Assembly: GCA_965235115.1 (NCBI GenBank) | Contig: OZ249436.1 | Span: 4,652,001-4,716,000, forward strand | Length of the DNA: 64,000 bases | Direction: 5' to 3' | Source of the DNA: Laetmonice hystrix | Taxonomy: Eukaryota | Part shown: one piece after another, positions 12,803-25,708 of the stretch | Layout: each line of letters begins with the position of its first letter | How positions within the stretch are numbered: the stretch's first letter is position 1 | Notes under the pieces: model-generated | What the model was told of the DNA's origin: nothing | Databases searched by the model: none | Seen by the model: the letters and a program-made list of their open reading frames with translations, nothing else | Program-made: the position numbers and the translations under genes

Positions 12803-14810
12803 CGCTCGGGTGTGGTCAGGTCCAGTCGTTATGGACGGGAAGTGCCCGGATTATTCGGCCACAGGTTGACTTCTGTCCGATTCTTTTATATGACTTAATA
12901 TAAACCTGCGCCGAGGATGACGTAGGCAGCGATTTAAACATTTCCGGGATTCACTTTCAAAGGACTTCTCAATGGGAATTTCCCAACATATTCATTGCAA
13001 TGTGCTTTATCATCGTGGATAAAAATCCCATTGAAACATTAAATAACAACATCGATTATTATTCTCGGTCTGTCTTCGTATCCAATCTATAAGATTTAAA
13101 AAAATAACTCCTCTTCTTCTAAGAACACTTAAGTCCAGCGCCAAAGATGAAAAATCTATGAAAGCTCCTACTCAAAGTCTCAATGGTTTTATAGGCCTGA
13201 AAATGCGCTTCACAGTTTACGAGGGAGCCATAAATCCATTGGACCGTAGGTGGCTTCCGAGGGCCGGTTCTCGACAGGGTAATCACCCCTCTGAAATAGT
13301 GGCCTTGGTGGAAATAACCCTAACCGTGATATATTGGCGATCACAGGAGCCGGTCTCCTCCTTACCTTCACTGGTGGGGTGTGGATGGGGGTGGGGTGCT
13401 TGAGGGGGTGATTGGTGGCAGGGGCGGGAGGGAAGCTGATGGGTAACACGTGCGCACAAACTGACAGCTCCTTCAGTGATTGGATCACTTCCGGTGAGAT
13501 CACCGCCAGGTGGCGACAAAACGACATTACCGGAAATACACGAACTATATAGCAACAGACCGGATATAACTTTCACGTGAGAAGATGCTATACGCATGCT
13601 TCCCTGCGCTCGTAACCGTTGGCATCCTATACAAAACCGTTGTAACCCATTATGTGGGACGTTATCTATTGTATGTATCACCAGCAGATGATGGGTAGGC
13701 CTATACACAGGCCTAATGACGTGACCTTGATATCACAGTGTGGTCTTCAGAATGGCATAGCGGAGGGATATATCGATGTGATCGTCATGGCGCCGGAATG
13801 CCATAAATCAAGGCTCCAGAAATCAGCACAAGTAATCTTTAGGTCTGTGAAACCCGGACAGGAGTCTACATTATCTACATAGACAGCGGCAAAAGCTAGA
13901 AGTCAATATCGGGATTGGGCCATTTTTAAGTGGACATATAAAAAAAACTCGTTCACCAATTGACGCACGTCTCACCCTCCATCAGTTCTATACGACTAGC
14001 ACGTCTAACGACAAACGCGGAAACACTTTTTTATGGTTTGTAGGTGGCACACAACAAAGGGTTTAAGATGAAGGTCGCCTAAAGGTCGCCTGTCTTTGTT
14101 TCATTGGTGAAGTTAGAGGCATCATGTACTAGAATATCAGTTACAAGGGCATCAATATTATAAGAATCAGTTCGGGGAGCGAGCAAGCTTCACAAGCGCC
14201 AGCCGTTGATGATGTTGTCTGGCTCGGCAATGATAGGGTGATATGTGGGCCGGACCATGTGAGCCATCACTTTCCGTCGTTTTGTAAGATGGCGTGGCAC
14301 TTGATTGGTGTCCGAGTCTCCTGTATATTACCCACATGGCCACGCGGATTTTCTGACCGCTTACAGTGATTGGTTCCGGCCGAATGGCATGTTGATAACA
14401 TTAAGTAAAGGCGTTAGCAACGTTGTTAATAATGTATATATAATCTTACCTTTTACCATGCTGTTTGTATGAAATACTTACAGGACATCCCCCGCATGAG
14501 TTCTTACAAGCTCATTACAGCAATGTCTGACTCCCCTGACTCAAGAGTATAGAAACGAGTGCCAGTCCCACAGCACGCCCACCAATTATTGTCGGATGCC
14601 ATCATGCAAACAATCTAACTTCCAGATAATTTAATTCATAACATGTGTTCCTCGAACTACCTCTTAAGCTGTGGGTGTTGCTCATCCACCAGCACAAATA
14701 TTGAATTAAAGTCTTGATGTGCCACCTATTTGTTGGCGCCTGTGTAGAATGGAGTGTTGAATTACGTTGAAAATCTTACTGCCTATTAAGCCCTATATAT
14801 GAACACTTAA

Positions 14811-15285
14811 AGGGGCATGGTAGGAAACACCTTTTTTTAGATTTCCGGCAATTATCCAACATGATCGTGTACTAGGGATCCAAGTAAATAATCCCACCAC
14901 AGCATTTTGTCCTCCAACGTGTTTTCGCTGTGTATGCAGCACAAGTAGATTCTATACGACCAAACCTATAGATTTCTCCCGATAGCGCATCTCCCGCCAT
15001 AATTTGCTATAGACAACCTCCCACCAACCCGTGTAATTGCATACTGTGTCACATCCTGCGTGTGCACTCTCTGCATGTGATTAGTCACGTGCTTCGCTTA
15101 GTTGTAAACAATTCGGCAGTTGCACTCGATCGTCCGGCATCAGAATGCCACCCAAAAAATATTTTACGAAATCGGTTAAAAAGCGGGCAAGGGAACTTCA
15201 TAAACTTCGATTTCTCACGCAAAACGAAACTGATAAGTCTGTCTTTGTTTACCAAGCAATGTTAGTAATGGATCTCTTCGCAAAA
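14811..15285 (+). mobile_element. Kolobok-like element, family B (copy 1, right end lost)
   Basis: Starts TTAA-AGGGGCATG; colinear with 44738-45259 and with the reverse complement of 61707-62234. Confidence 0.85.
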
Positions 15286-15708
15286 TGTTTCGGTTATGCC
15301 GAGCTCTTATTATTGACAATTGGACTTCCTAATGTATTGGACGGAATCCAATGTTATCACAAGTGTTTTAATAATGGTTTCTAAGGGCAAAGCTTGGCGG
15401 GCTCCGCCAGACGTGCCACCCCGCCCCCAACGACTCACGTCTCAGCCCGTGGCAGTAAGAATTACATCTTTCCACACGTAACACCTGCCTGATCGCTGCG
15501 GCTTTTATTGCCATTGACAGTTGTTTCCGTGTGCGTCCCCTGACCTCATTCCGAGCGGACATCAAGGATGATTGGCTACGGTTCCATCTGCCACGTGACC
15601 CCATCGGGTGCGCGCGCCATCAATCCGCCTCGTTCCGGGACGCTGCGCCAAAAAGTCGCGGCAAAGTGGCGTATTTCCTGGAGGAAATCTGGCCTGGGTC
15701 ACTGGAGG

Positions 15709-15797
15709 GACCATCCGGGCTGCCTGTTGGTGGGACCGTCCAGGCGGCTGACTGGACCATCCGGGCTGCCTGTTGGTGGGTCCGTCCAGGCGGCTGA
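15709..15797 (+). repeat. ~45-bp direct tandem duplication
   Basis: ggaccatccgggctgcctgttggtggg(a/t)ccgtccaggcggctga x2. Confidence 0.9.
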
Positions 15798-16460
15798 AAG
15801 TGCTTCCGTCATTAGTTTAGTGCTCACAACAGGCATTCATAAATATTCAATGAATGAGGCTCAGATTATCAGATTCACGGCTAATCTGTCTGCGGTTGAA
15901 AGAAAACTCCAAGGAAAACGTTGCCTCCATTCAACAGTCCATGAGGAATTACCAGCCACTGGTGGATCGGATCAATCAACGTGCAACAATAATTGTTTCT
16001 AGAGATGCCAAATTAAATGCCAGCCAATGATTGAAGAACAACCCCGTCTAACATGGCGTCTCACGTACAAGTGCCGCCTGCTGTTGTTTCCTCGACAAAC
16101 TGGTTTCTATTCTGTCATCGAGGGGAACGGTGAAATATAATGATCCGTTCACCCCCAAAGTTTGATGGAGGGGAGTAGAAGACCCAAGCATTCCCATATC
16201 AAGTCTCCATCTCTGCTTACTTGGGTTTGTGCACTAATTAGCCAAATTTAACCAGCTGTGTTATTTCCCAAACGAGTTTTGTAGTGAACGAATGCCAGCT
16301 GCTGGCTACAATTTATTTCTTTCAGTATTCCCTCAGCACCAGCACCCTGGTCAACCTGTAATCCCTCAATTCATTCGTAAATTAATACTCACCGATGCGT
16401 GCACGTACTAAGCCAGCGAATTAGTGTTCCAGAAAAAAGTCAGGACTATCAAGTATTAAT

Positions 16461-16522
16461 CACCCCCTCCACCCCACCACCCCACCCCACCCCACCCCAC
16501 CACCCCACCCCACCCCACCTCC
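16461..16522 (+). repeat. (CCCCA)n C-rich microsatellite; similar tract at ~1793-1838
   Basis: Directly visible. Confidence 0.85.
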
Positions 16523-17132
16523 ATTAGGGAATCGCAAGCATTGGCTTTTGTGCTGATGTCGGCACCTTTCTCGCCTCAGTCCTACCTGTGAGGAACATTA
16601 TTTACACTGTACAATTGTAAAAATTATACTGTCAGTCGTAATGTAATGGTGTGTGTATAGGTGAGCCTGACAGGTGTATTATATGTCCGTCATTTTAAAC
16701 TCTCTGCGCGTTCCATTATGGTACTTCCGGCGGTTGACATTGTGGGTTGATCAACATTTCACGACTGTATCTCGACAGGCAGCGTTCACGTTTTAATGCA
16801 TGGGAAAGCGTATCCTGTGTCAGGACCGACCAATATATAACGGCGTCTTATTGAACAATGCCATCCTGTAGGATTTCTGCCCGCCGGGGTTGAGTAATGT
16901 AGATATTGCGGCAGGAGGGAGGAAGGCAGAATTTGAAGGTCGGGAGGATCAACCGCTGACCCCCAGTCCTGCGTACATAATTCAGCACACCTTGGCAGAG
17001 CAGCAGCTCCTCGTTTTCGCTTTGCTGACGAAATAAACTCCCATCCTGCACTACGCAACTGGTTCTGTGCTCGAGGGAGAATATAAATAGTTCATTCGTA
17101 GTGAATGAAATTCCGTTAGACCTGGCAGCGAC

Positions 17133-17263
17133 TTGGCCGACTTACGTCAGTCAGCCATTGGCCGACTTACGTCAGTCAGCCATTGAGCGACTTACGTCAG
17201 TCAGCCATTGGCCGACTTGTGTCGTCCAACCATTGGCCGACTTATGTCAGTCAATGACCGACT
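17133..17263 (+). repeat. 25-bp tandem repeat, ~5 copies
   Basis: Unit ttggccgacttacgtcagtcagcca. Confidence 0.85.
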
Positions 17264-17535
17264 TCATTCGACCAACCTCGGGACTGTTCGGGACAGATCC
17301 TCTCGGCCCTCGCACGGTCGTCGCCATGTTGGATCTTCTTTTATCACGTGACACAGTGGTCAAAATAGCGACGGCCGTCACACCGACAAAGGTGAAAGAC
17401 AATCCGTGTCTGGCTTGATACCTCAGACAGGTAGATTAGACGTCAAAGAAAATCTATTCAGGCAACTATAGATATGTTTTTAGATGTTGACATTCCCATT
17501 GGCATTGTTTATCGTCCGCTCAGACAGAATTTCTA

Positions 17536-17998
17536 TTTCGTGTACGAAATTCAATTTCGTTTCAACTATAATCCATTGCAAAGATGTACGAAAAATCCAT
17601 TTGGTTTGACGAAAGTCAATTCCGTATACAGAATTGATTATTGTGTAGACGGAATTGAATTTCGTACACAAAATGGACTTGAAGGAGACGAAATTCCATT
17701 CTGTATACCATTCGGAATAGATTTGTTGAGACGAAATTATACTTAATAGAAGGAGCAACATGTGGCGGTGACGAAATTGATTTTGGTATAGACGGAAATC
17801 GATTTCGTCAACGAAAGTACATGTCTACAATAATCCATTTCGTATACAGAATTATTTTCTGTATCCATCAAGTCCATGTCGTGTAGGTATAATATCAGTT
17901 CCGTCTACGGAATTGATTTTCGTCAAACCAAATGTCTTCTTCGTACATCTTTGCAATGGATTATAATTGAGACGAAATTGAATTTCGTAGAGATAATG
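17536..17998. mobile_element. Foldback/palindromic element rich in acgaaatt/aatttcgt motifs
   Basis: tacgaaattcaatttcgtttcaactataatccattgcaaagatgtacgaa (~17543) is the inverse of ttcgtacatctttgcaatggattataattgagacgaaattgaatttcgta (~17940-17989). Confidence 0.75.
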
Positions 17999-18000
17999 GA

Positions 18001-18041
18001 TCTCTCTCGATCTCTCTCTCCCTTTCTCTCTCTCTCTCTCT
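18001..18041 (+). repeat. (CT)n microsatellite
   Basis: Directly visible. Confidence 0.9.
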
Positions 18042-18314
18042 GTCAGGATACTGTAGGGTATAATGATATGTAAGGAAGAACAACACATTTCTTCCTGCTT
18101 CAGAATGTCAAGAATCAAGAAAGTGACAGCAAAAAAGGAAAGAATTGTATATTATGTAGACCCAGAGCTCATCTAAGTGCACCACATTAGATTATATTCA
18201 ATAAGAAAGTTACTACAGTCCGTGAGGGGTTCTGGTAATTACATCCTGTGAGCGATTCCCCCTGCTATTTAATTACGCATACATATATGCGGCTCCACGA
18301 GTTAGGCCATGGGC

Positions 18315-18471
18315 TGACACTGACATCCCGAATAGAGGGACCCCTCAGCTATCAAATGGAGAATAATTCTTCAGTAAGTTATCAATTAGAGACCACTTGA
18401 CTAACGTTCTGACACTGACATCCCGAATACAGGGACCCCTCAGCCATCAAATGGAGAATAATTCTTCAGTA
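18315..18471 (+). repeat. ~62-bp direct duplication with ~32-bp spacer
   Basis: ctgacactgacatcccgaata.agggacccctcagc.atcaaatggagaataattcttcagta at 18315 and 18409. Confidence 0.9.
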
Positions 18472-18677
18472 TGCCCACCACCAAAGTTGCCCCCCCCCCC
18501 CCCCCCCCCCACTTCCCAACACCACAGAGCTCTTCATTTCAGTGAGAATTTGACCTCCAGATGCCGGAAAATATCGTTTTCGGCCCTCCAAATTTAACAT
18601 TATTTTCGGGGGAGGCCCGCTTGACCCCTACTAAATAGGCTATGCTGCTGACACGTTCAGTGCTCGCTGGACACCAT

Positions 18678-18954
18678 ACATCAGCGACTCTCAGCCGTAC
18701 AGTCAACCCAATCCACAGCCCAACACCAGCCACTCTCAGCGCTACAGTCAACCCAATCCACAGCCCAACATCAGCCACTCTCAGCGCTACAGTCAACCCA
18801 ATCCACAGCCCAACATCAGCCACTCTCAGCGCCACAGTCAACCCAATCCACAGCCCAACATCAGCCACTCTCAGCGCTACAGTCAACCCAATCCACAGCC
18901 CAACATCAGCCACTCTCAGCGCCACAGTCAACCCAATCCACAGCCCAACATCAG
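18678..18954 (+). repeat. 45-bp tandem repeat, 6 copies
   Basis: Unit acatcagccactctcagcgctacagtcaacccaatccacagccca. Confidence 0.95.
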
Positions 18955-19641
18955 ACGTTTTCTCGACCCACACTTTCAGGTCAGTGCCCTTTGAAGACAA
19001 AATAATTAAGCCTGTGACGAGTTCCTGTTTTAATGGATCAGTTTCCTGCACCCCTTGCTGTGCAAGGCCTTGAGCCTCGCCTTGAATGCGGGAGAACTTG
19101 GGTTCGAGGAAAACCACTACCTTGAAAGGAACCGAGAGTGAGATAATTTGAAGTCTCAGCAAGTCCATCATCGACGCTGCCGAGACGCAGCACGTAAACA
19201 GTGGCATCCGCGTGTACATATAGCGCGTTCAAAGTGGTCTGTTCTCTGCCAAAGGTTACAGGGGCACACGTCGCGGGCGGGACTTGGCAATGGGTTCTCG
19301 GTCTTCTTACTGACATCACGCCGTTTTCATGATGTGTTTGTGTGGGCTTCTCTGCCGAAAACCTGTAGAAGTCCGTGATAAGGAGCTTCCTTCCCAACTC
19401 AAATCTGTAGCTTCAAATCTGTGGCTTCTGTGGAGATCACTGGCATTTGATGTCGGCCGTTTCGCATGAAAACGAGGACCAAAAAGGAAATCTATCCCCA
19501 AAAATGGAGTCAACCATCGAATCCTACGGTTTTCAAATAAAGAAAACGTCTTTGAAAGAGGTTTCATGTTTACAAACATGTGACGTCTTTCACGCATGTG
19601 CAGTGCACTGACTGGCAAAAAAAACACATGGCAGCTGTTTT

Positions 19642-19917
19642 TACAAATCTACATGGGTTCCGACGCCACCTCCTTTTCTAAACATGATTCAGAGAACCTT
19701 CACTCTACAAATCTACATGGGTTCCACAGCCACCTCCTTTTCTAAACATGATTCAGAGAACCTTCACTCTACAAATCTACATGGGTTCCACAGCCACCTC
19801 CTTATCTAAACATGATTCAGAGAACCTTCACTCTACAAATCTACATGGGTTCCACCGCCACCTCCTTTTCTAAACATGATTCAGAGAACCTTCACTCTAC
19901 AAATCTACATGGGTCCC
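19642..19917 (+). repeat. 64-bp tandem repeat, ~4.3 copies
   Basis: Unit tacaaatctacatgggttccacagccacctccttttctaaacatgattcagagaaccttcactc. Confidence 0.95.
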
Positions 19918-20285
19918 ATTGCCTTCTCCCCCTGAAGCCAACGCTCCGGGGGCGGTATCACCTTCGCTGAGAACTACTGCTGAACAGTATGATGATGGTG
20001 GCTGCCATTACGTCCTATGATGGAATAACCATTGTCCCTGGTCGACGTTGCAGCTGCTGACAGGCTGCACAGAATGTATTAGTATGAATATTGGATGAGT
20101 TCTCTCAGCTTGGACGAGACAAGTTACATAATTTTTTGTAACTTACCACGAAAGTGTCATATCTGCGAGTCCCTTGGTTATTGTAAAGCCATTTGGCACA
20201 TTGTTGGCTGCGGCTTGCCATAGGATAGGCAATTTGTGTTTTCCAGGGGCGAATTCAGTGGGGCGTGGGGGGGGGGGGCGCACCC

Positions 20286-20545
20286 CAGTGGCGTATCCAG
20301 AATTTTTTTAAGGGGGTTTCCGAAGTGTAGGTACTTCAGAGATGGCCATTAGGCCATGGTTCTCTGGGAAATTTTTTAAAAAGACTTCAAATAATGCAAT
20401 CTCGGGACATCTTGTGTGGAAATATGAAGGTTTCCTTTGGTTAAACTAATGCATTTTACACCCCCTTTTTACCAAAATGTCCCTAATATAGTAATTTTTA
20501 AGGGGGGGGTTCGGGATACTTTGAAACCCCCTGGATACGCCACTG
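20286..20545. mobile_element. hAT-like MITE nested in a CAGGGGCG-type element remnant (~20244-20640)
   Basis: Perfect 15-bp TIRs cagtggcgtatccag / ctggatacgccactg, no clean TSD. Outer remnant caggggcgaattcag...cctgaattc. Confidence 0.7.
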
Positions 20546-21300
20546 AACCCCCCCCCCATTTCGTAGGAAAATAGATACAAAAAATTCTAGTTCACTACTC
20601 AGACCCCACCCCACCCACCTCTTCCAAAATCCTGAATTCATGGCCTATCGGGTGATATATTTCCATGAAGAAATGCCAGGCCAGAACCCGGATCTATTTG
20701 GAATCAAACCAATGACGTATCCTCGTGACTAGGCCCATGTTACTGTTAGTTCAAGCTTACGGCAGAGTATTTAGACTGTGTCAGATATTCATTCAACATT
20801 GACATGCCTCGAGGGAGGCTAGAATATATGTGATTTACGTTTTTGATGAGGTTCACTTTATTTTTCTTCATGCAGTTGTCCACCTGATTTACCCGAGAGT
20901 TCAGAGATTCTTATCAAGACATTTCTCACATTGTTCGATGTAACTAAAGAAAACCTTAAACAAGACAAAAACGATAGTGTTTAAATTTTCAGCGACACCT
21001 ACATGTAGTCGATCTAGTAGCAGTCTACGGACCGGCGTATACGTGATGCTCTATGCAGGCACATGCCCGGTGCCATGGGTATGTCACTATGCAGTGACGT
21101 AAGTCAATGGCTTTGATTGATGATAGACAAACACTGATTAATTATTGAGAAGCTAAAACAAGCGGTCCAATTACCGTATCCCTCGACAACTCTCCACTCT
21201 GCCCGCTTAGCTTATTAGCAGAGGACAATTTACATGTGCATGTATGACTACGTAATCAGAATCGTTTGGGATGGACAGACCGTTAACCACTCGTCATTTC

Positions 21301-21845
21301 ATCAGATCTTATTTTACGATTCCCTACTTGCACTGAAGACAGAGCCAGCTGATGGTTGGTTGGTATACGTTGACTCGCTGGTGAATGTTGAATATAACGA
21401 ATGTAATGGTAATGGTGTAATGTAATGTAATGTAATGTAATGTAATGTAATGTAATCAGATCTTATTTTACGATTCCCTACTTGCACTGAAGATAGAGCC
21501 AGTTGATGGTTGGTTGGTATAAGTTGACTCGCTGGTGAATGTTGAATATAACGAATGTAATGGTAATGGTGTAATGTAATGTAATGTAATGTAATGTAAT
21601 GTAATGTAATGTAATGTAATCAGATCTTCCTACTTGCACTGAAGACAGAGCCAGCTGATGGTTGGTTGGTATAAGTTGACTCGCTGGTGAATGTTGAATA
21701 TAACGAATGTAATGGTAATGGTGTAATGTAATATAATCAGATCTTATTTTACGATTCCCTACTTGCACTGAAGACAGAGCCAGCTGATGGTTGGTTGGTA
21801 TACGTTGACTAGCTAGTGAATGTTGAATATAACGAATGTAATGGT
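21301..21845 (+). repeat. Composite tandem repeat: ~110-bp core plus variable (GTAAT)n tail, 4 copies
   Basis: atcagatctt...cctacttgcactgaaga...gttgaatataacgaatgtaatggt at ~21301, 21455, 21619 and 21736. Confidence 0.9.
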
Positions 21846-23298
21846 CTCCGTAGTACGGAGCGCTCCAGTCACAACTGACTATAGATCATGGTGGATTGCA
21901 GAACGCATCCATCAGAAAATAGGCATCTAAATAACTATGTGGAAAATCTAATTTCCGATTTACTCGCCTTGAGGGAAGGCCGAAAGATATTTTATCATAT
22001 GTCCGTGTAGAATTCCCGCAAAATGAAATATGATAATAAACCCCAGATCGCCTGAAGGGGACGAATAGTTTTAATTTACAGCTTTTTCTTTTTGTTTTGT
22101 TTTTTGGATAACTTGGAACCAGTTGCATCACACGGTGTAAATTTAAAGTTTTCAAGAAACATTATTATTTCCCATACAAAATCTATAGCACAATTCCTAG
22201 CACCCCCCCCCCCCCCCTATAGACTTGTTGGAGCTGTGGATGTGGCTCCAGTCGGACAAAGACGGGTAAGAATCACCAAAACTCCTTCCACCGGACCATA
22301 CGACAGACTGATGACTTGTGCCGTGGATGTTGGCTGAGATTACATCAAGGATAAAGATCATCTCCAGGCATTCAATGTAAAGGACGAGGAGAATTTCTCT
22401 CCAGGTTACCTGGGCGGTATTCAGTTCGACGTCTGCCCCAGTGGCGGCAGCAGACGTGAAGGTCTGTGAGAGACAGAAGCCAATTCACGTTATGAGGACA
22501 AAAGGCAATTGGCGATGGCAATAGACGAGAGACCAAAGATACAGAAAGAAACGGGTGCTCTCCTGAGGCGGCAAATGTAAAGGGAAATCTCTCTCAGGGA
22601 TTAATATCCGATAGAGAGTTAGAGGGAACCGGTGGCCAACTTCTAGAACTCCAGAAACCCCAAGACAACCGCCTCCCCTGATTTGTATTTTGTTGGCCAC
22701 TTGCCTCAAATGCGTACTTAATGCTGCACATGCGCAGTGGATGTTTCCCGTTAAAGGAACAATGTATTCCTTTGAACGCCGTGTTGACCCGCGCTGTTGT
22801 GTACACCCGCACAGAATATAGTTCCCAACATCAATTCCCGAAAAATTAATTGTAGGCACAGCTACAACTAGGCCGCATTGTAAATAATATTAGGTGCATT
22901 ACGTGCAGCAAAATCCTATTTTTAGTGTGATATCAATTGGTTCTTATGGATGAGCGAAGTAGGTTATGAAACCGACTTGGGCCGGATATCCAGGGGGCGC
23001 CACCCTCTTCGACACGAATACAATGGTCCCTCAGTGGTAATATATTGTCATGGTTACAGTGTGGGTACTGATTCTATCGAAAACATGAAAATCAACATGG
23101 AGATATGTATTATCGGAGTTGTTAGACCTATAGGTCTATGTCCAAACGTATACAGATGTCAATGCCGTAATGATTAAGGACCATCATTAGACCATTCTCA
23201 GAATGTGTTTGTTGTTGCTCTTCTTCTTGGTCTTCTTCTTTTTCTTCTTCTTTTTCTTCTTCGTAATGTCTCCGATGTACACGTCCGAAGACCAATTT

Positions 23299-23486
23299 TA
23301 ATATGAGGTGGCCTATAGTGCCTGCAAGCTTGAGTAATATGAGGTGGCCTATAGTGCCTGCAAGCTTGAGTAATATGAGGTGGCCTATAGTGCCTGCAAG
23401 CTTGAGTAATATGAGGTGGCCTATAGTGCCTGCAAGCTTGAGTAATATGAGGTGGCCTATAGGCCTAGTGCCTGCAAGCTTGAGTT
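23299..23486 (+). repeat. 36-bp tandem repeat, 5 copies
   Basis: Unit taatatgaggtggcctatagtgcctgcaagcttgag. Confidence 0.95.
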
Positions 23487-23911
23487 AACCCGTGAAACGG
23501 AGCCTCATAGACTGGAGACCGCTGACAAATCCGGTCAGTAATGTGCTTGTGACAGAGCCCTGTTTTCGTCCCCAGAGCACAGATAATACATACCAGAGAA
23601 TGATTCTATCGACTATATCTAAGCGAGGTGGACGACCTTGGGGTTCTTTGTGAGCCGTGGGTTGCGCCACCGCACGCCCCCTGGAAATAACGCAGTCGCC
23701 TGACATCCGCGACAGCTGCCGTGACCTCTGACGTCGCTGGCCGTCCATCCACTCATATTTTGTCAAGTCGTCACTGATGGCCTTTGTGAAAGCTGCCCTC
23801 ACGTCATTTATATTTCATTCTCCGACACCATTTCCTATGAGTGAGCAGTAGTGATGTGCGATGTCGACAACCAATGTCATCTTCGTGGTCAGACCAAGAC
23901 GTCACGAGAAC

Positions 23912-25708
23912 GTGTCATAGACATTCCTCTCCAGGCCCCATGGCGCCGTATCGGCCGTTATAGGGGCCGTATTGTAATGTGTCATAGACATTCCTCCCCA
24001 GGCCCCATGGCGCCGTATCGGCCGTTATAGGGGCCGTATTGTAATGTGTCATAGACATTCCTCCCAGGCCCCATGGCGCCGTATCGGCCGTTATAGGGGC
24101 CGTATTGTAATGTGTCATAGACATTCCTCCCCAGGCCCCATGGCGCCGTATCGGCCGTTATAGGGGCCGTATTGTAATGTGTCATAGACATTCCTCCCAG
24201 GCCCCATGGCGCCGTATCGGCCGTTATAGGGGCCGTATTGTAATGTGTCATAGACATTCCTCCCCAGGCCCCATGGCGCCGTATCGGCCGTTATAGGGGC
24301 CGTATTGTAATGTGTCATAGACATTCCTCCCCAGGCCCCATGGCGCCGTATCGGCCGTTATAGGGGCCGTATTGTAATGTGTCATAGACATTCCTCCCAG
24401 GCCCCATGGCGCCGTATCGGCCGTTATAGGGGCCGTATTGTAATGTGTCATAGACATTCCTCCCCAGGCCCCATGGCGCCGTATCGGCCGTTATAGGGGC
24501 CGTATTGTAATGTGTCATAGACATTCCTCCCAGGCCCCATGGCGCCGTATCGGCCGTTATAGGGGCCGTATTGTAATGTGTCATAGACATTCCTCCCCAG
24601 GCTCCATGGCGCCGTATCGGCCGTTATAGGGGCCGTATTGTAACGTGTCATAGACATTCCTCCCAGGCCCCATGGCGCCGTATCGGCCGTTATAGGGGCC
24701 GTATTGTAATGTGTCATAGACATTCCTCCCAGGCCCCATGGCGCCGTATCGGCCGTTATAGGGGCCGTATTGTAATGTGTCATAGACATTCCTCCCCAGG
24801 CCCCATGGCGCCGTATCGGCCGTTATAGGGGCCGTATTGTAATGTGTCATAGACATTCCTCCCAGGCCCCATGGCGCCGTATCGGCCGTTATAGGGGCCG
24901 TATTGTAATGTGTCATAGACATTCCTCCCCAGGCCCCATGGCGCCGTATCGGCCGTTATAGGGGCCGTATTGTAATGTGTCATAGACATTCCTCCCAGGC
25001 CCCATGGCGCCGTATCGGCCGTTATAGGGGCCGTATTGTAATGTGTCATAGACATTCCTCCCAGGCCCCATGGCGCCGTATCGGCCGTTATAGGGGCCGT
25101 ATTGTAATGTGTCATAGACATTCCTCCCAGGCCCCATGGCGCTGTATCGGCCGTTATAGGGGCCGTATTGTAATGTGTCATAGACATTCCTCCCAGGCCC
25201 CATGGCGCCGTATCGGCCGTTATAGGGGCCGTATTGTAATGTGTCATAGACATTCCTCCCCAGGCTCCATGGCGCCGTATCGGCCGTTATAGGAGCCGTA
25301 TTGTAATGTGTCATAGACATTCCTCCCCAGGCTCCATGGCGCCGTATCGGCCGTTATAGGGGCCGTATTGTAATGTGTCATAGACATTCCTCCCCAGGCT
25401 CCATGGCGCCGTATCGGCCGTTATAGGGGCCGTATTGTAATGTGTCATAGACATTCCTCCCCAGGCCCCATGGCGCCGTATCGGCCGTTATAGGGGCCGT
25501 ATTGTAATGTGTCATAGACATTCCTCCCCAGGCCCCATGGCGCCGTATCGGCCGTTATAGGGGCCGTATTGTAATGTGTCATAGACATTCCTCCCAGGCC
25601 CCATGGCGCCGTATCGGCCGTTATAGGGGCCGTATTGTAATGTGTCATAGACATTCCTCCCCAGGCTCCATGGCGCCGTATCGGCCGTTATAGGGGCCGT
25701 ATTGTAAT
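23912..25708 (+). repeat. 66/67-bp minisatellite, ~27 near-identical copies
   Basis: Unit gtgtcatagacattcctcc(c)caggccccatggcgccgtatcggccgttataggggccgtattgtaat. Confidence 0.97.

Noticed and set aside
16786..17058. Possible Gypsy integrase-linker remnant (DGSLFR...QRLILP)
   Set aside because: Too short, with no zinc-binding or DDE motifs and no LTRs.
18539..19219. 226-aa and 143-aa repetitive (mucin-like) ORFs
   Set aside because: They arise from a 45-bp tandem repeat open on both strands, with no other coding support.
23915..25654. Series of MSMTHYNTAP / RNVYDTLQY ORFs
   Set aside because: Products of the 66/67-bp array, with constant frameshifts.
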